Shown one piece after another: positions 9,308-19,391 of a DNA stretch of 40,464 bases (position 1 is its first letter; each line of letters opens with the position of its first letter). The notes under the pieces were generated by a model, which ran no database searches, was not told the DNA's origin, and saw only the letters and a program-made list of their open reading frames with translations. The stretch is from an uncultured Thermoplasmata archaeon. GTDB lineage: Archaea; Thermoplasmatota; Thermoplasmata; GCA-020350865. The position numbers and the translations under genes were made by a program. The stretch is taken from the NCBI GenBank assembly GCA_965372465.1, contig CBDVCK010000002.1:1-40464 (forward strand), written 5' to 3'.

Positions 9308-10055
9308 TTAACGACTTCCATTTGTTGGCTAAATCAGATATTGTCATCCCCGAGAATTGCCCATCGATCTTTATCTGTTGGACCAATTCTCTAAAAAACG
9401 TTTCTGTTCCCTCTCCTGATTTCTTGATATAGCGTTGTAGTTCAGAAAGAGAACACTTAGTTATGTCTATTTCAGATTTGCACAGGAAATAATTATCCAT
9501 AGAATAGGAATTCAATACAATATGGATCGGATGGAAGTTGAAAATCTTGATTCCGTTTATATGATATTTATCATTAGATAGCGAAAAGCAGGGATCGGGT
9601 CTATACATTTCAGTATCATCCTCCCAGAAATACGGGATACGCAATAGCCCTATGTTTTTCGTGAAGAATATCTTATGCGGAACAATATTTGGTGTATTTG
9701 GAAGTAATATTGAAACATCGTAAAAGATATCGAATTCTTCCCTCAACATCCTGAGCAAAGATGTGGATTGCATTAAATCATGGGTTCTTGAAGATCTTGC
9801 TCCTGGAATGATTTTCTTTAGATTGTTCAATGTTTCTCTCGGGGTTTTACCCTGTGTACTTCCCTCAGTAAAATTTGGGTGAATGCCCAATTCAAAAAGG
9901 TTAGGATATTCGAGTAATCTCCTGATTTCCGGGCTTTCATGTGTAACAAACCACGTAGATTTTATTTCGTTCTCGATTAGAAAGTTTGCCACTTGTGCAA
10001 TTATTGAATCGGATGCCCAATCGGTGTCGATCGTAATCAAATACTCATTAATCAT
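9279..10055 (-). CDS. WbmS-like polysaccharide deacetylase/deformylase-fold protein
   Basis: TIDTDWA, STWFVTH, ELGIHPNF, PYFWEDD and FNFHPIH motifs. Start set at ATG 10055 after a GAGG. Overlaps the start of the formyltransferase. Confidence 0.72.
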   Translation of the reverse strand: MINEYLITIDTDWASDSIIAQVANFLIENEIKSTWFVTHESPEIRRLLEYPNLFELGIHPNFTEGSTQGKTPRETLNNLKKIIPGARSSRTHDLMQSTSLLRMLREEFDIFYDVSILLPNTPNIVPHKIFFTKNIGLLRIPYFWEDDTEMYRPDPCFSLSNDKYHINGIKIFNFHPIHIVLNSYSMDNYFLCKSEIDITKCSLSELQRYIKKSGEGTETFFRELVQQIKIDGQFSGMTISDLANKWKSLNENSSNRKD

Positions 10056-10460
10056 TATGAAACCTCTCTTATATTTAATTCTCACATAACCCTTTTTACT
10101 GGCAATCAATTACTTAAATGTCCTTTATACACCTTATTCTATTTATCTTTTACATGCAATCGATTAGATATTAACCGTCGAAAAAATAGTTATACTATTT
10201 AGAAGAATCTTCGTTTTCTGAAAATGTATGTGTATTAGAATGAATCTCATATTTCAAGCAACGCAAATCTCCATGGTACTTAACTTAGCATGTGCATGAG
10301 AATCCTCACCAAAAAATCTTCACAAATAACAAGATAAAAAGGATTAGGAATTTTTCATTAGGATAAAGATATTGAAAATGAAAACTATTTAAAGCAATCC
10401 CTCGATATACTGAATCAAATAATGTACATAATACCTGGAAGCCATCGGGAGGCCATCCGA

Positions 10461-11600
10461 GTGACAAACAATATGCATTCAAAGATCCCCTTACTCAGGC
10501 CGTTTTTCGATTCAGAAGAATTGAAAGAAATCCAGAAAGTTTTGGAATCTGGTTGGGTCTCTCAAGGTCCAAAGGTAAAAGAGTTCGAGAAAAAGGTGGC
10601 TGATTATCTTGGTGTTAAATATGCTATTGCCGTAGCAAATTGCACTTCAGCTCTGCACCTGTCCTCATTAAGCCTGGGTATTAAGCAGGGGGATGAGGTT
10701 TTAGTGGCGGATTATACATTTCCGGCAACTGGACATTCCGTATTATATTGCGGAGCGAAACCCGTATTTGTTGATGTGGATTTAAGAACCTATAACATCA
10801 ATCCAGAGCGGATTGAAGGGAAAATCACTGAGAGAACAAAAGCGATTATTCCAGTGCACACATTTGGTCAACCAGCGGAAATGGATAGAATCAAAGAAAT
10901 TTCGGAAAAATATGACATAAAGGTAATTGAGGATGCTGCATGCGCATTTGGTGCCCAATATAAGGGAAGATATGCAGGGACGATAGGAGATATTGGATGC
11001 TTTTCTTTTCATGCTAGAAAAGGCATTACAACGGGGGAGGGGGGGATGGTGGTTACAAATAACGAAGATTTAGCGAAGAGAATCCGTGAGTTATCCGTCT
11101 TTGGTATGCGGAATGCATGGGATGTTGAAAGAACCGATGAATTTGTTATTCCGGAATTTATCAATATCGGATATAATTATAAAATGAGCGATATTGCTGC
11201 TGCAATTGGTGTAGCACAATTGAAAAAGCTTGAAAAAATCATAAAAAGAAACATAGAACTCGCAAAATATTGGGATGAAAACCTTCAAGAATTCGAAGAT
11301 ATTGAAGCACCTTTTGTTAAAGAAAATGTAAAACATATTTTTCAAAGCTATGTTGCTCTCCTTAACCCAAACATAAAAAGGAACAAGATAATCCAGGAAT
11401 TGATGCAAAAAGGTGTTCAAACCCAAATTGGGACTTATGCTTCTCATATTCAACCTGTATATAACTCAAAAGAGATATGTCCAAATTCCCTGGAGGTATT
11501 TAAAAGATCCTTGGCTTTACCTATGTACTATATGCTAAATGAGGAAAGCATTGAGATAGCTACAAAATTTATTAAAACTGCATTGGAGAGATTGAAATGA
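10461..11600 (+). CDS. DegT/DnrJ/EryC1/StrS PLP-dependent sugar aminotransferase
   Basis: IEDAACAFG, FSFHARKGITTGEGG (PLP lysine), GYNYKMSDI. Start is GTG 10461 (after GGAGG) or ATG 10473. Confidence 0.92.
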   Translation: MTNNMHSKIPLLRPFFDSEELKEIQKVLESGWVSQGPKVKEFEKKVADYLGVKYAIAVANCTSALHLSSLSLGIKQGDEVLVADYTFPATGHSVLYCGAKPVFVDVDLRTYNINPERIEGKITERTKAIIPVHTFGQPAEMDRIKEISEKYDIKVIEDAACAFGAQYKGRYAGTIGDIGCFSFHARKGITTGEGGMVVTNNEDLAKRIRELSVFGMRNAWDVERTDEFVIPEFINIGYNYKMSDIAAAIGVAQLKKLEKIIKRNIELAKYWDENLQEFEDIEAPFVKENVKHIFQSYVALLNPNIKRNKIIQELMQKGVQTQIGTYASHIQPVYNSKEICPNSLEVFKRSLALPMYYMLNEESIEIATKFIKTALERLK

Positions 11601-12565
11601 CATTAAAGAATAAAAAAATCTTCATGACGGGTGGAGCGGGATTCATAGGTGCAGCTTTGATAGCTAGACTCATAGAAAATAATGACATCATCGTGTATGA
11701 TACACTGCAACGCAACGCACTGAAATACACGGATCTTTTAAAACATCCCAATCTTACAGTGATTCAAGGGAATGTTTTGGATAGAGATAAACTAGAGAAT
11801 GCTGTTGAGGATAGTGACGTTGTCATACATCTGGCAGCAATAGCCGGTATTGCTACAGTGATAAAAAGCCCCATCAATACAATGGAAGTTAATATGATGG
11901 GGACGTACAATGTTTTAAAGGCGATAGAGCCCAGAATCGAAAAGATCGAGAGGTTTATTTATTTTTCAACAAGCGAAGTCTTCGGTTCTTATGCCTACAA
12001 AGTGGAAGAAACTCATACAACTAATCTTGCTCCTGTTGGAGAGGCCAGATGGACCTATTCCGTGAGCAAATTAGCTGCCGAGCACTTGGTTCATAGTTAT
12101 TACAAGGAATTTGCTCTTCCCACAGTGACTGTCCGACCTTTTAATATTTATGGACCTGGCCAGGTGGGGGAAGGTGCAATTCATGTATTTGTAACCAGAG
12201 CTCTTGAAGAATTGGAAATCCAGATTCACGGTGAAGGCGATCAGATTAGATCTTGGTGTTATATCGATGACATTCTCCAGGGAATCCTGTTTTGTTTAGA
12301 AAAGGACGAAGCAATTGGAGAGGTGTTCAATATTGGCAATCCTAAAGGAACATTGACGATACTCAGTCTAGCAGAGAAGGTGGTGCAACTTTGCGAGTCG
12401 AATAGCAAAATAGCCTTTGTCCCAAAACATTATATTGATGTGGATTTAAGAATACCAAGTATAGAAAAAGCCATGAACATCTTAGGATTCAAGCCAGAGG
12501 TCGATTTAGATGATGGTCTTAGAAGAACCATTGAATGGTATCGAAAAAAAATGAACTCCAATTAA
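11597..12565 (+). CDS. NAD-dependent nucleotide-sugar epimerase/dehydratase
   Basis: TGGAGFIG, STSEVFG, YSVSK, RPFNIYGPGQ. ATGA overlap with the upstream aminotransferase. Confidence 0.9.
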   Translation: MTLKNKKIFMTGGAGFIGAALIARLIENNDIIVYDTLQRNALKYTDLLKHPNLTVIQGNVLDRDKLENAVEDSDVVIHLAAIAGIATVIKSPINTMEVNMMGTYNVLKAIEPRIEKIERFIYFSTSEVFGSYAYKVEETHTTNLAPVGEARWTYSVSKLAAEHLVHSYYKEFALPTVTVRPFNIYGPGQVGEGAIHVFVTRALEELEIQIHGEGDQIRSWCYIDDILQGILFCLEKDEAIGEVFNIGNPKGTLTILSLAEKVVQLCESNSKIAFVPKHYIDVDLRIPSIEKAMNILGFKPEVDLDDGLRRTIEWYRKKMNSN

Positions 12566-12577
12566 AGAACATAATAT

Positions 12578-13831
12578 TTATGTAGTATGCTTTTTACCTA
12601 TTGATAATAGTTCCTCCGTGTTTGGCATCGATTGGTTATTTGCAAGTGCTTTGTATATCATCATATGTTGTTTGGCGGAAATCTTAGCCGAACAGTATTT
12701 TAACGCATATGTTCTGTTTTCCATTCCTTTTTTCCGGGTCTCATCAACATTATCGGCAAGATATGTTAATTCATTGGATGCTTCCTTGATAAGGGCATCG
12801 TCCTCCTCCCAATCAAAAACTCGCATGCCGTTGCTCTCAGTCATGAGAGTCCTATACCACCCAATGTTCGTGGCCAACACATATCTCCCCATCATGGTCG
12901 CCTCCCTACCAAAAGTGGAGAGGATATTTGACACCTTTTTATGAAAATGTGGAACAATGTCTGCCCCGCTTAGCAAGGAAGGAAGTACAGAGTGATGATA
13001 TGTTCCTATATAGAATGCGTTTTCTGGATATTTTTCGCACAATCGATTCAATTCTTTTTCGAGAATCGCTTGCTGTTTTGGAGGATACCTTCGAAAATAG
13101 CCACCCCACACGAAATAGACATTCTTACGTTTTGAAAGGATTTCTTTTGCGATTTTTATGAGAATAGAATCCCCTTTCATCGATTCGATTGCCCCGCCCT
13201 TAAAAATGATCAGGCCATCTTTATTGATATTTTGTTCGAACCATGGATGCGGATGGATTTTATGCGGATCGAACACCTCGTCGTCAATACCGATAAAAGG
13301 GAACATTATCATTTTATTTCTCAACAGTTCTTCATTATCAGGAAGATGTCTATGAGCACGTTCCAGTAACATATTTCTATCCGACTCATCTACTATTACC
13401 GTGTCCGGTATATTGAGTATTGCCCGTAAATAATAAGGATTAGTTGGACCTTCAACATCTATTATCCCTGAATGGGTGCCGTAATACGTTAAAATAACTT
13501 TTCTTGGAATTTTAAGGGACTGAAGTAAATGCGGCAATAATGTAAAACTGTGGATATGAAGGATATCGCCCTTTCCAACCTCTTGAATGGCCCGTATAGC
13601 CCAAAGATTCCTGAAATTCCTGGTAACACTTATTCTCGGGAACTTGAGATTTAGGGTTGAAAGTGACTTATAGAACTTAAAAACTCTTTTCTTTGGCAGG
13701 CGATCGTAGGTCAAGTATTCGATATCCAGTCCAGCTCTCTTTAGGTATTTTACCAGAGGATTGATAGCGGTAACTACCCCTACATTGGACCTGCTATCTA
13801 ATTCGCCTATTGCATAAACCTTTTGGGGCAT
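12578..13831 (-). CDS. Divergent GT4-like glycosyltransferase
   Basis: GT-B-like layout: DILHIH, KG motif, FGREATMMGRYVLATNIG (EAxxxG.P-like), terminal helix. Confidence 0.6.
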   Translation of the reverse strand: MPQKVYAIGELDSRSNVGVVTAINPLVKYLKRAGLDIEYLTYDRLPKKRVFKFYKSLSTLNLKFPRISVTRNFRNLWAIRAIQEVGKGDILHIHSFTLLPHLLQSLKIPRKVILTYYGTHSGIIDVEGPTNPYYLRAILNIPDTVIVDESDRNMLLERAHRHLPDNEELLRNKMIMFPFIGIDDEVFDPHKIHPHPWFEQNINKDGLIIFKGGAIESMKGDSILIKIAKEILSKRKNVYFVWGGYFRRYPPKQQAILEKELNRLCEKYPENAFYIGTYHHSVLPSLLSGADIVPHFHKKVSNILSTFGREATMMGRYVLATNIGWYRTLMTESNGMRVFDWEEDDALIKEASNELTYLADNVDETRKKGMENRTYALKYCSAKISAKQHMMIYKALANNQSMPNTEELLSIGKKHTT

Positions 13832-13868
13832 TTCTATCCACGACCGTTATAAATCAAGGATGGAACGA

Positions 13869-14567
13869 TCAATATTCCCTTTCCAAATGATAAGAGGTTT
13901 TATACCAATAGAATGGATGAATTAGAACGTAAATCTTATTTTCTTTGCCGATGTAGTGACATAAACATTTACCTTCTCCACCCCATTTGCCAAGGCTGTC
14001 GCTTAGGTAAAATGTACCCTTGAAAAAGTCATCCATATATGCTTCGTAAGTAAAACCCAATTCATGAAAGTCATTTTCTTTCCAATAATCCCTGTTTATG
14101 ATTGGTGTAAAATCCCTGTGAGGCGCGATACCTCTTATCTTCTTGTCAAATACAAGTTCCAGTAGGTTCTTTTCCTTTATTATCACCTCATAGGGATCAT
14201 GGTTCGTAATTTCCGAAAAATCGAGATGCTCGTAATGCAGTCCAATGTCCTGTCCAAGTTCTATTATTTTTTTGAAGGCATAATATGTTTTAAAGCCAAA
14301 CGGATTGTAATTATCGGCATGGACCCGAATGAAATATGTGGCTTTAACCCCAAATTTATATTCGATTTCTGCGAATTTTAAAGCAGCTGATGGGGAAAAT
14401 TCGATATCATGGCGAATTATCAGAAATTTATCCGGGCGCTTACCGTTAGCAAAATCTTCCATGCTTATAAAATTATACCCAGCGTCCTTTGCTGTTTTTA
14501 AAATCTGCTCGTAATGTTCAAATGTGAATGGACATGAAGAAACTGGTATATTCGATTTATATTCCAT
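13869..14567 (-). CDS. Polysaccharide deacetylase-fold protein
   Basis: IRHDIE, ATYFIR, IGLHYE and LIHP motifs typical of NodB-like proteins in glycan loci. Confidence 0.6.
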   Translation of the reverse strand: MEYKSNIPVSSCPFTFEHYEQILKTAKDAGYNFISMEDFANGKRPDKFLIIRHDIEFSPSAALKFAEIEYKFGVKATYFIRVHADNYNPFGFKTYYAFKKIIELGQDIGLHYEHLDFSEITNHDPYEVIIKEKNLLELVFDKKIRGIAPHRDFTPIINRDYWKENDFHELGFTYEAYMDDFFKGTFYLSDSLGKWGGEGKCLCHYIGKENKIYVLIHPFYWYKTSYHLEREY

Positions 14568-14569
14568 TT

Positions 14570-15259
14570 CTAAGCCCCTTTTATTATTTCCAAACTCTTG
14601 GGTCCTTCGTTAAACAACAGATCGATTATTGACATTTTTGGTTTGAATTCACCACATAATTGATTATAGACAGGATGATGAAAATCCTGATAAGTTAAAC
14701 TTATTTTACTTTCAGTGAACATATCTTCATCTAAATAATCCTTTGCCCCAATTCCAGAGATGTAAGTGTCCCCGTCAACAGATTTAACGATATTTACGAG
14801 ACGTTCTGTTGACTCGCCCTTGATCTCGAGTTCAGAGCTTTTTATGAAATCCATTTTGATGTTCAAGAAATCTGCGATTTTCTGGACTATGAATTCATTC
14901 AATTCGGATAATTTATCCCAATCCATTTGGTATAGTTCTTCAAAAAAACTAGAATATAATTTAAAATATTTGGCTTTCTTGTAATTCATCAATATGCTTT
15001 TCCAATGCCTTTTCCTCCAGTTTATGTGATTATCGATTTTAACTTCCAAGGTGGTTTGACCGAATTGCCCTTTAATCAATACTGGCACAGTAAGATACAT
15101 TCCCCCTTGGGCGGTTTTAATTGTGTTTCTATTGATCACTTGATTTTTTGAATACTGGCTGTCATCCAGGAAAACGAAAATATCGGAATTTAACATCTTG
15201 TGGAAATAACCTATCCATGGGATATAATTCGGTTGATGAATTGCCACTATTTTCCCCAT
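14570..15259 (-). CDS. WbqC-family protein (proposed aminoacyl/glycyl transferase)
   Basis: AIHQPNYIPWIGYFHK, FVFLDDSQY, NRNTIK, YISGIGAKDY, SIIDLLFNEG. Confidence 0.9.
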   Translation of the reverse strand: MGKIVAIHQPNYIPWIGYFHKMLNSDIFVFLDDSQYSKNQVINRNTIKTAQGGMYLTVPVLIKGQFGQTTLEVKIDNHINWRKRHWKSILMNYKKAKYFKLYSSFFEELYQMDWDKLSELNEFIVQKIADFLNIKMDFIKSSELEIKGESTERLVNIVKSVDGDTYISGIGAKDYLDEDMFTESKISLTYQDFHHPVYNQLCGEFKPKMSIIDLLFNEGPKSLEIIKGA

Positions 15260-15433
15260 GTAATATTCTCCGTCCTTCGGATGAATGATTGGATATATGA
15301 ACTTTTTGCAGTAATTTTTAGAAAGATGCTCATAAACTCAATTTAAACAAGTGCTTTTAAATTTTTCCGAATGTTAGAAAAATGGAAGATATAGGGAAAC
15401 TAGTGACCGCAAATAAAAAAAGTAGTAAAAAAA

Positions 15434-16123
15434 TCATTCCCATTTCTTTATATCCGAATAGAGGTCGTTGGGCCTAATCTCCGAGATCGGGGATCCAAAA
15501 GCAAAAGTATTATCCTTTATATCCTTTAAAACCAAAGAGCCCGCACCAATCACACAATTATTGCCTATTCTCACACCAGCACCAATTGTAACACCGGGGC
15601 CGACATATACATTACCCCCGATTTCGCTTTGACCCCCGACAAAGCTATTTCCGTGGATCGCCGCATTATTTCCAATTCTTACGCCCTCGAGAATGGAAAC
15701 GCCAGGATAAATCGAGCAGTTCGACCCTATCTCACTGTTTGGGGAAATTGTAACAAATGACAGGATAAAGCATCCTTCTTTTATTGATGAAGAATGTGAA
15801 ATATAGCTGTTCTTATGAATCAAGGTAATGGATTGAAGGCCAAGATTAATACATTCTTTATATACATACTCCTTTATCGCCATATGTTTTACTGCGGCCA
15901 AACCCACTGCAAAATGGGTGATGTTTCTTTCATTGTATAATTTTTGAATATCTGGAAAGTTTCCGATCACTTTGTAACCAAAATATTCATTGTTCATTTT
16001 AGAAGGATCGTCATCAAGTAACCCAATGACATTGAATTCTTCGATTTTTCTGTTATCTGTCAATACATCTATTATATTCGCGGTTGTTAAACTTGTGCTG
16101 AACAAAATGCTCCTTTTTTCCAT
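15434..16123 (-). CDS. PglD/NeuD-like sugar acetyltransferase (hexapeptide repeat)
   Basis: N-terminal Rossmann-like IGLLDD domain, left-handed beta-helix repeats, IGAGSLVLKD...FGSP. Confidence 0.82.
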   Translation of the reverse strand: MEKRSILFSTSLTTANIIDVLTDNRKIEEFNVIGLLDDDPSKMNNEYFGYKVIGNFPDIQKLYNERNITHFAVGLAAVKHMAIKEYVYKECINLGLQSITLIHKNSYISHSSSIKEGCFILSFVTISPNSEIGSNCSIYPGVSILEGVRIGNNAAIHGNSFVGGQSEIGGNVYVGPGVTIGAGVRIGNNCVIGAGSLVLKDIKDNTFAFGSPISEIRPNDLYSDIKKWE

Positions 16124-16311
16124 TCTACCACTTTTTTCTAAATTCTTACATAATCAATAATGTATAAGAATATTTTGAGAGGGTTTTTCGTTTAAATCAT
16201 TATAATGGTTGCTAAGTGGTATAAACTTATTTTACATATTTAAATTGTGTTTCATTCTTATTTCAAAAGTTTTAAATCCTGACCATAACTCTACCCTAGT
16301 TTGGTGTTCTA

Positions 16312-17343
16312 ATGATCCCGCACTCAAGACCAACCATAGAAAAGGATGATATAAAAGCAGTCTCTGATGTTATGAGTTCATTACATATCGCAATTGGTCC
16401 GAAAACCAGGGAATTCGAGAAAAAACTGAGCTCGTATATTGGGGTTAAGGACGCTGTGGCCACATCCTCAGGCACAACAGCACTTCATCTTGCACTGGCA
16501 GGTATGGGAATTGGAAAAGGTGATGAGGTCATATTGCCCACTGGTGTGTGTCCTTCCGTTCTCTACAGTGTTGACTACTGTGGTGCAAAGCCAATTCTAG
16601 TTGATATCAATTACCATGACCTGAATATCTCGATTGAGGATGCGCAGCAGAAGATCACGCCAAAAACAAAGGCCATAATCGCTCCCCATATGTACGGTCT
16701 TCCTGCCGATATGGATGCATTAAAGAAATTTAAAATCCCGATAATCGAGGATTGTGCCCAAGCCATAGGCGGGTCTTATAATGGCAAAAAATTGGGAAGC
16801 ATTGGCAATGCAGCCATGTTTTCATTCTATGCCACCAAGATGATGGCCACTGGAGAAGGCGGTATGATTACATTCAAGTCAAAAAGAGCTTGCGAGCATG
16901 CAAGGGGCCTCAGGGAATACAAACTCGATACAAACTACAAACTGCGGTACAACTATAAAATGACTGATATGCAGGCTGCCCTGGGGATAACACAATTGGA
17001 TAAATTGCCCGGATTTATCAATAAAAGGAAGAAGCTTTCCAAAGCCTACAACCGCAAATTCGAAGGAATATCGGCGATTCTACCAGAGCATAGGGAGAGC
17101 GTGTTTTACCGTTACATAATACTCCTTGAAAAAACTAATGTGAAACAGGTTGTAAAAGGCCTCAAAAAACGCAATATTGCATCACAGTGCCCAGTCCATC
17201 CACTGCATAGATCACTCAAACTAAGTGGGTTTCCAAATGCAGAGAAGTTGATGAAAACAGCCTTATCCATTCCAATTTATCCTTCGCTTGGCAAAAAGGA
17301 GTTTGATTGCGTGGTGAGAGCTGTAAAAGCCGAAGTGAAGTGA
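16312..17343 (+). CDS. DegT-family sugar aminotransferase (second copy)
   Basis: IEDCAQAIG, FSFYATKMMATGEGG, YNYKMTDMQAALG. Confidence 0.92.
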   Translation: MIPHSRPTIEKDDIKAVSDVMSSLHIAIGPKTREFEKKLSSYIGVKDAVATSSGTTALHLALAGMGIGKGDEVILPTGVCPSVLYSVDYCGAKPILVDINYHDLNISIEDAQQKITPKTKAIIAPHMYGLPADMDALKKFKIPIIEDCAQAIGGSYNGKKLGSIGNAAMFSFYATKMMATGEGGMITFKSKRACEHARGLREYKLDTNYKLRYNYKMTDMQAALGITQLDKLPGFINKRKKLSKAYNRKFEGISAILPEHRESVFYRYIILLEKTNVKQVVKGLKKRNIASQCPVHPLHRSLKLSGFPNAEKLMKTALSIPIYPSLGKKEFDCVVRAVKAEVK

Positions 17344-17406
17344 ATTTAAAAAATAGCAATCTATATTAATCGTGCGAGCATTTTACATCCGATTCGTATC
17401 CATTGT

Positions 17407-18240
17407 ATGATGGTGGATTTTATGGGAAAATGCGATATCATGGTATTTGCCCCCCATCCAGATGACGAGGCTTTGGGTTGCGCTGGTGTGATTCTTAAAT
17501 CGATACAAAATAACAAAAAGATAAATATCATAATCGTAGCAAATGGTGAATCCAGCGTGGATGGGACTGAACGTTTTATCGGTCATAAACCTGAAATCAA
17601 GGATTTCATCGATATTGGTTATATTAGACAAAAGGAATCTATCTCAGCGATGAAGGTTCTTGGTCTTGCTTCTGAGGACGTGATTTTCCTGGGATACCCA
17701 AATGATGGTCTTTTGGAAATACTCACCTCAGATAAATACACCTTAGACGACTCTTATCGATCTGAATTTACACATTTTAATCAAGTGTCTTATGAAGGAT
17801 CTTTCAACATGGGAACTCCCTTTTGCAGAGAGAGCTTCCAAAAAGATATCAAAACCATATTGGAACAGAACAAACCAAAGAAGGTTTATGTTACTCATCC
17901 ATTAGATAGTCATTTTGATCATCAAGCATGTGGTAGATACATACCATCCATCATTAAAAAATTCGACAAGTCCATTCGAGTGTTTGGATACATAATTTCC
18001 AAATCAAAAATTCCATCTCCAAAACGCCGACTTATTTACAGCTTTACAGGTCAATTGAAGGAGAAATACTTGGATGAGGCAACCAAGAAAATAAAAAAGG
18101 AATGTGTAGATGAATATAAAACCCAGGAATACCTCTTTAATCAACTGGATTTCCATTACAATGTTGAAAGATTCTGGAAGTTTGAACACGGAATAAGATC
18201 GAAAATAGCCAAAAAAATCTTTCCGGGTCTAAGATTTTAA
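17407..18240 (+). CDS. PIG-L/LmbE-family N-deacetylase
   Basis: APHPDDE and H-x-D-H (SHFDH) motifs, RQKE. The start may instead be ATG 17422. Confidence 0.88.
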   Translation: MMVDFMGKCDIMVFAPHPDDEALGCAGVILKSIQNNKKINIIIVANGESSVDGTERFIGHKPEIKDFIDIGYIRQKESISAMKVLGLASEDVIFLGYPNDGLLEILTSDKYTLDDSYRSEFTHFNQVSYEGSFNMGTPFCRESFQKDIKTILEQNKPKKVYVTHPLDSHFDHQACGRYIPSIIKKFDKSIRVFGYIISKSKIPSPKRRLIYSFTGQLKEKYLDEATKKIKKECVDEYKTQEYLFNQLDFHYNVERFWKFEHGIRSKIAKKIFPGLRF

Positions 18241-19391
18241 AGCCTCTGTTCAGTTCTTCCCTCGAAAATCTCTCTGGCTTTCATAAGAGCTGTTTCATAC
18301 TCTGCAGCCTTTCTTTCCCAAGTGAATTCCCGAGCCCATTTAATTCCCTTCAAAGCCATATTTTCTCTTTCCCTTTTATCCTCAAGGAGACGGGATAATG
18401 TGTCTACCCAGGCATCCAAGTCCTCAGGCGAAAGAAGAATAGCATTTTTTCCTGTTGATTCTCTCAGACTGAGTATGTCTGAGGCGACAACAGGAATACC
18501 GCATGCCATGGCCTCAATCGATACAAGAGGGAATACTTCGCTTTTGGTTGGAAATACAAAAATAGTTGAAGACCGATAATATTTAAAAACATCCTCATAT
18601 GGAAGAGCCCCGGTGAAAGTAACCTTTCCCCCAAGGTTGTACTCTGACACCTTATCCTTCAAACCCTTCAAGATGTCACCTTCTCCCACAATGGTTAATT
18701 TCAGTTTTGGATGCCGTTTTTGCAACCTGTTAAACATCTCAATCAGCTCGAAAAGTCCTTTTGAGGGTTGCAGTCTTCCCACAAAAAGTAAGGAGGGTTC
18801 CCTTTCTTTTTTCACTTTTTTATCATCATCCAAAAAGATACTTGATGGGATGCCTGGTGTGGCCACATCCTCTATATTTAAATCATGGGTTTCATTAATG
18901 AGCTTCTGTGTTCCACGACTTACTGCCACGTACATCGTGGATTTGTCGGCTTCAAAATATTCCTTTGAATACGGTCCACCAAGAATGTGAAAAACCGACG
19001 GTACATTGAGCTTTGATGCCAGATTCGAGAACAATCTGCTGTCTAGCCAGTAGTGAATGGAAATAATGTCCATATCCCTTATCCTCTGTTTCATTTTCGA
19101 CCGTAACAAAACATTATAATAGAAACTGAATGACTCTGTCTTATAGGGTGTGAGTCTGGGAACGAGTTTGATCGCTATGTTGTTTAAAGGTGTGAACCGC
19201 GGCCAAAACGGAACCGTTAAAACCTCGTAATGACCTTCTTTCATTGCCTCCACCATGGGTTTGGTACGGCTTCTTCCTGTTAGAATTGTGACGTTGTTTT
19301 TCCTACCCAGATGCTTGGCGAACTGATGAATAATGGTTTCCGATCCTCCTGCAATTGTACCCACCGAGGGGCTTATGAAGCATATCTTCAT
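18237..19391 (-). CDS. GT4-family glycosyltransferase
   Basis: GGSE, FVGRLQPSKG, EVFPLVSIEAMACGIPVVASD. Confidence 0.92.
   Translation of the reverse strand: MKICFISPSVGTIAGGSETIIHQFAKHLGRKNNVTILTGRSRTKPMVEAMKEGHYEVLTVPFWPRFTPLNNIAIKLVPRLTPYKTESFSFYYNVLLRSKMKQRIRDMDIISIHYWLDSRLFSNLASKLNVPSVFHILGGPYSKEYFEADKSTMYVAVSRGTQKLINETHDLNIEDVATPGIPSSIFLDDDKKVKKEREPSLLFVGRLQPSKGLFELIEMFNRLQKRHPKLKLTIVGEGDILKGLKDKVSEYNLGGKVTFTGALPYEDVFKYYRSSTIFVFPTKSEVFPLVSIEAMACGIPVVASDILSLRESTGKNAILLSPEDLDAWVDTLSRLLEDKRERENMALKGIKWAREFTWERKAAEYETALMKAREIFEGRTEQRL

Noticed and set aside
10110-10460. Hidden gene or ncRNA in the long AT-rich gap
   Set aside because: Only very short ORFs and no convincing stem were seen. 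It is explained by divergent TATA-like promoters.
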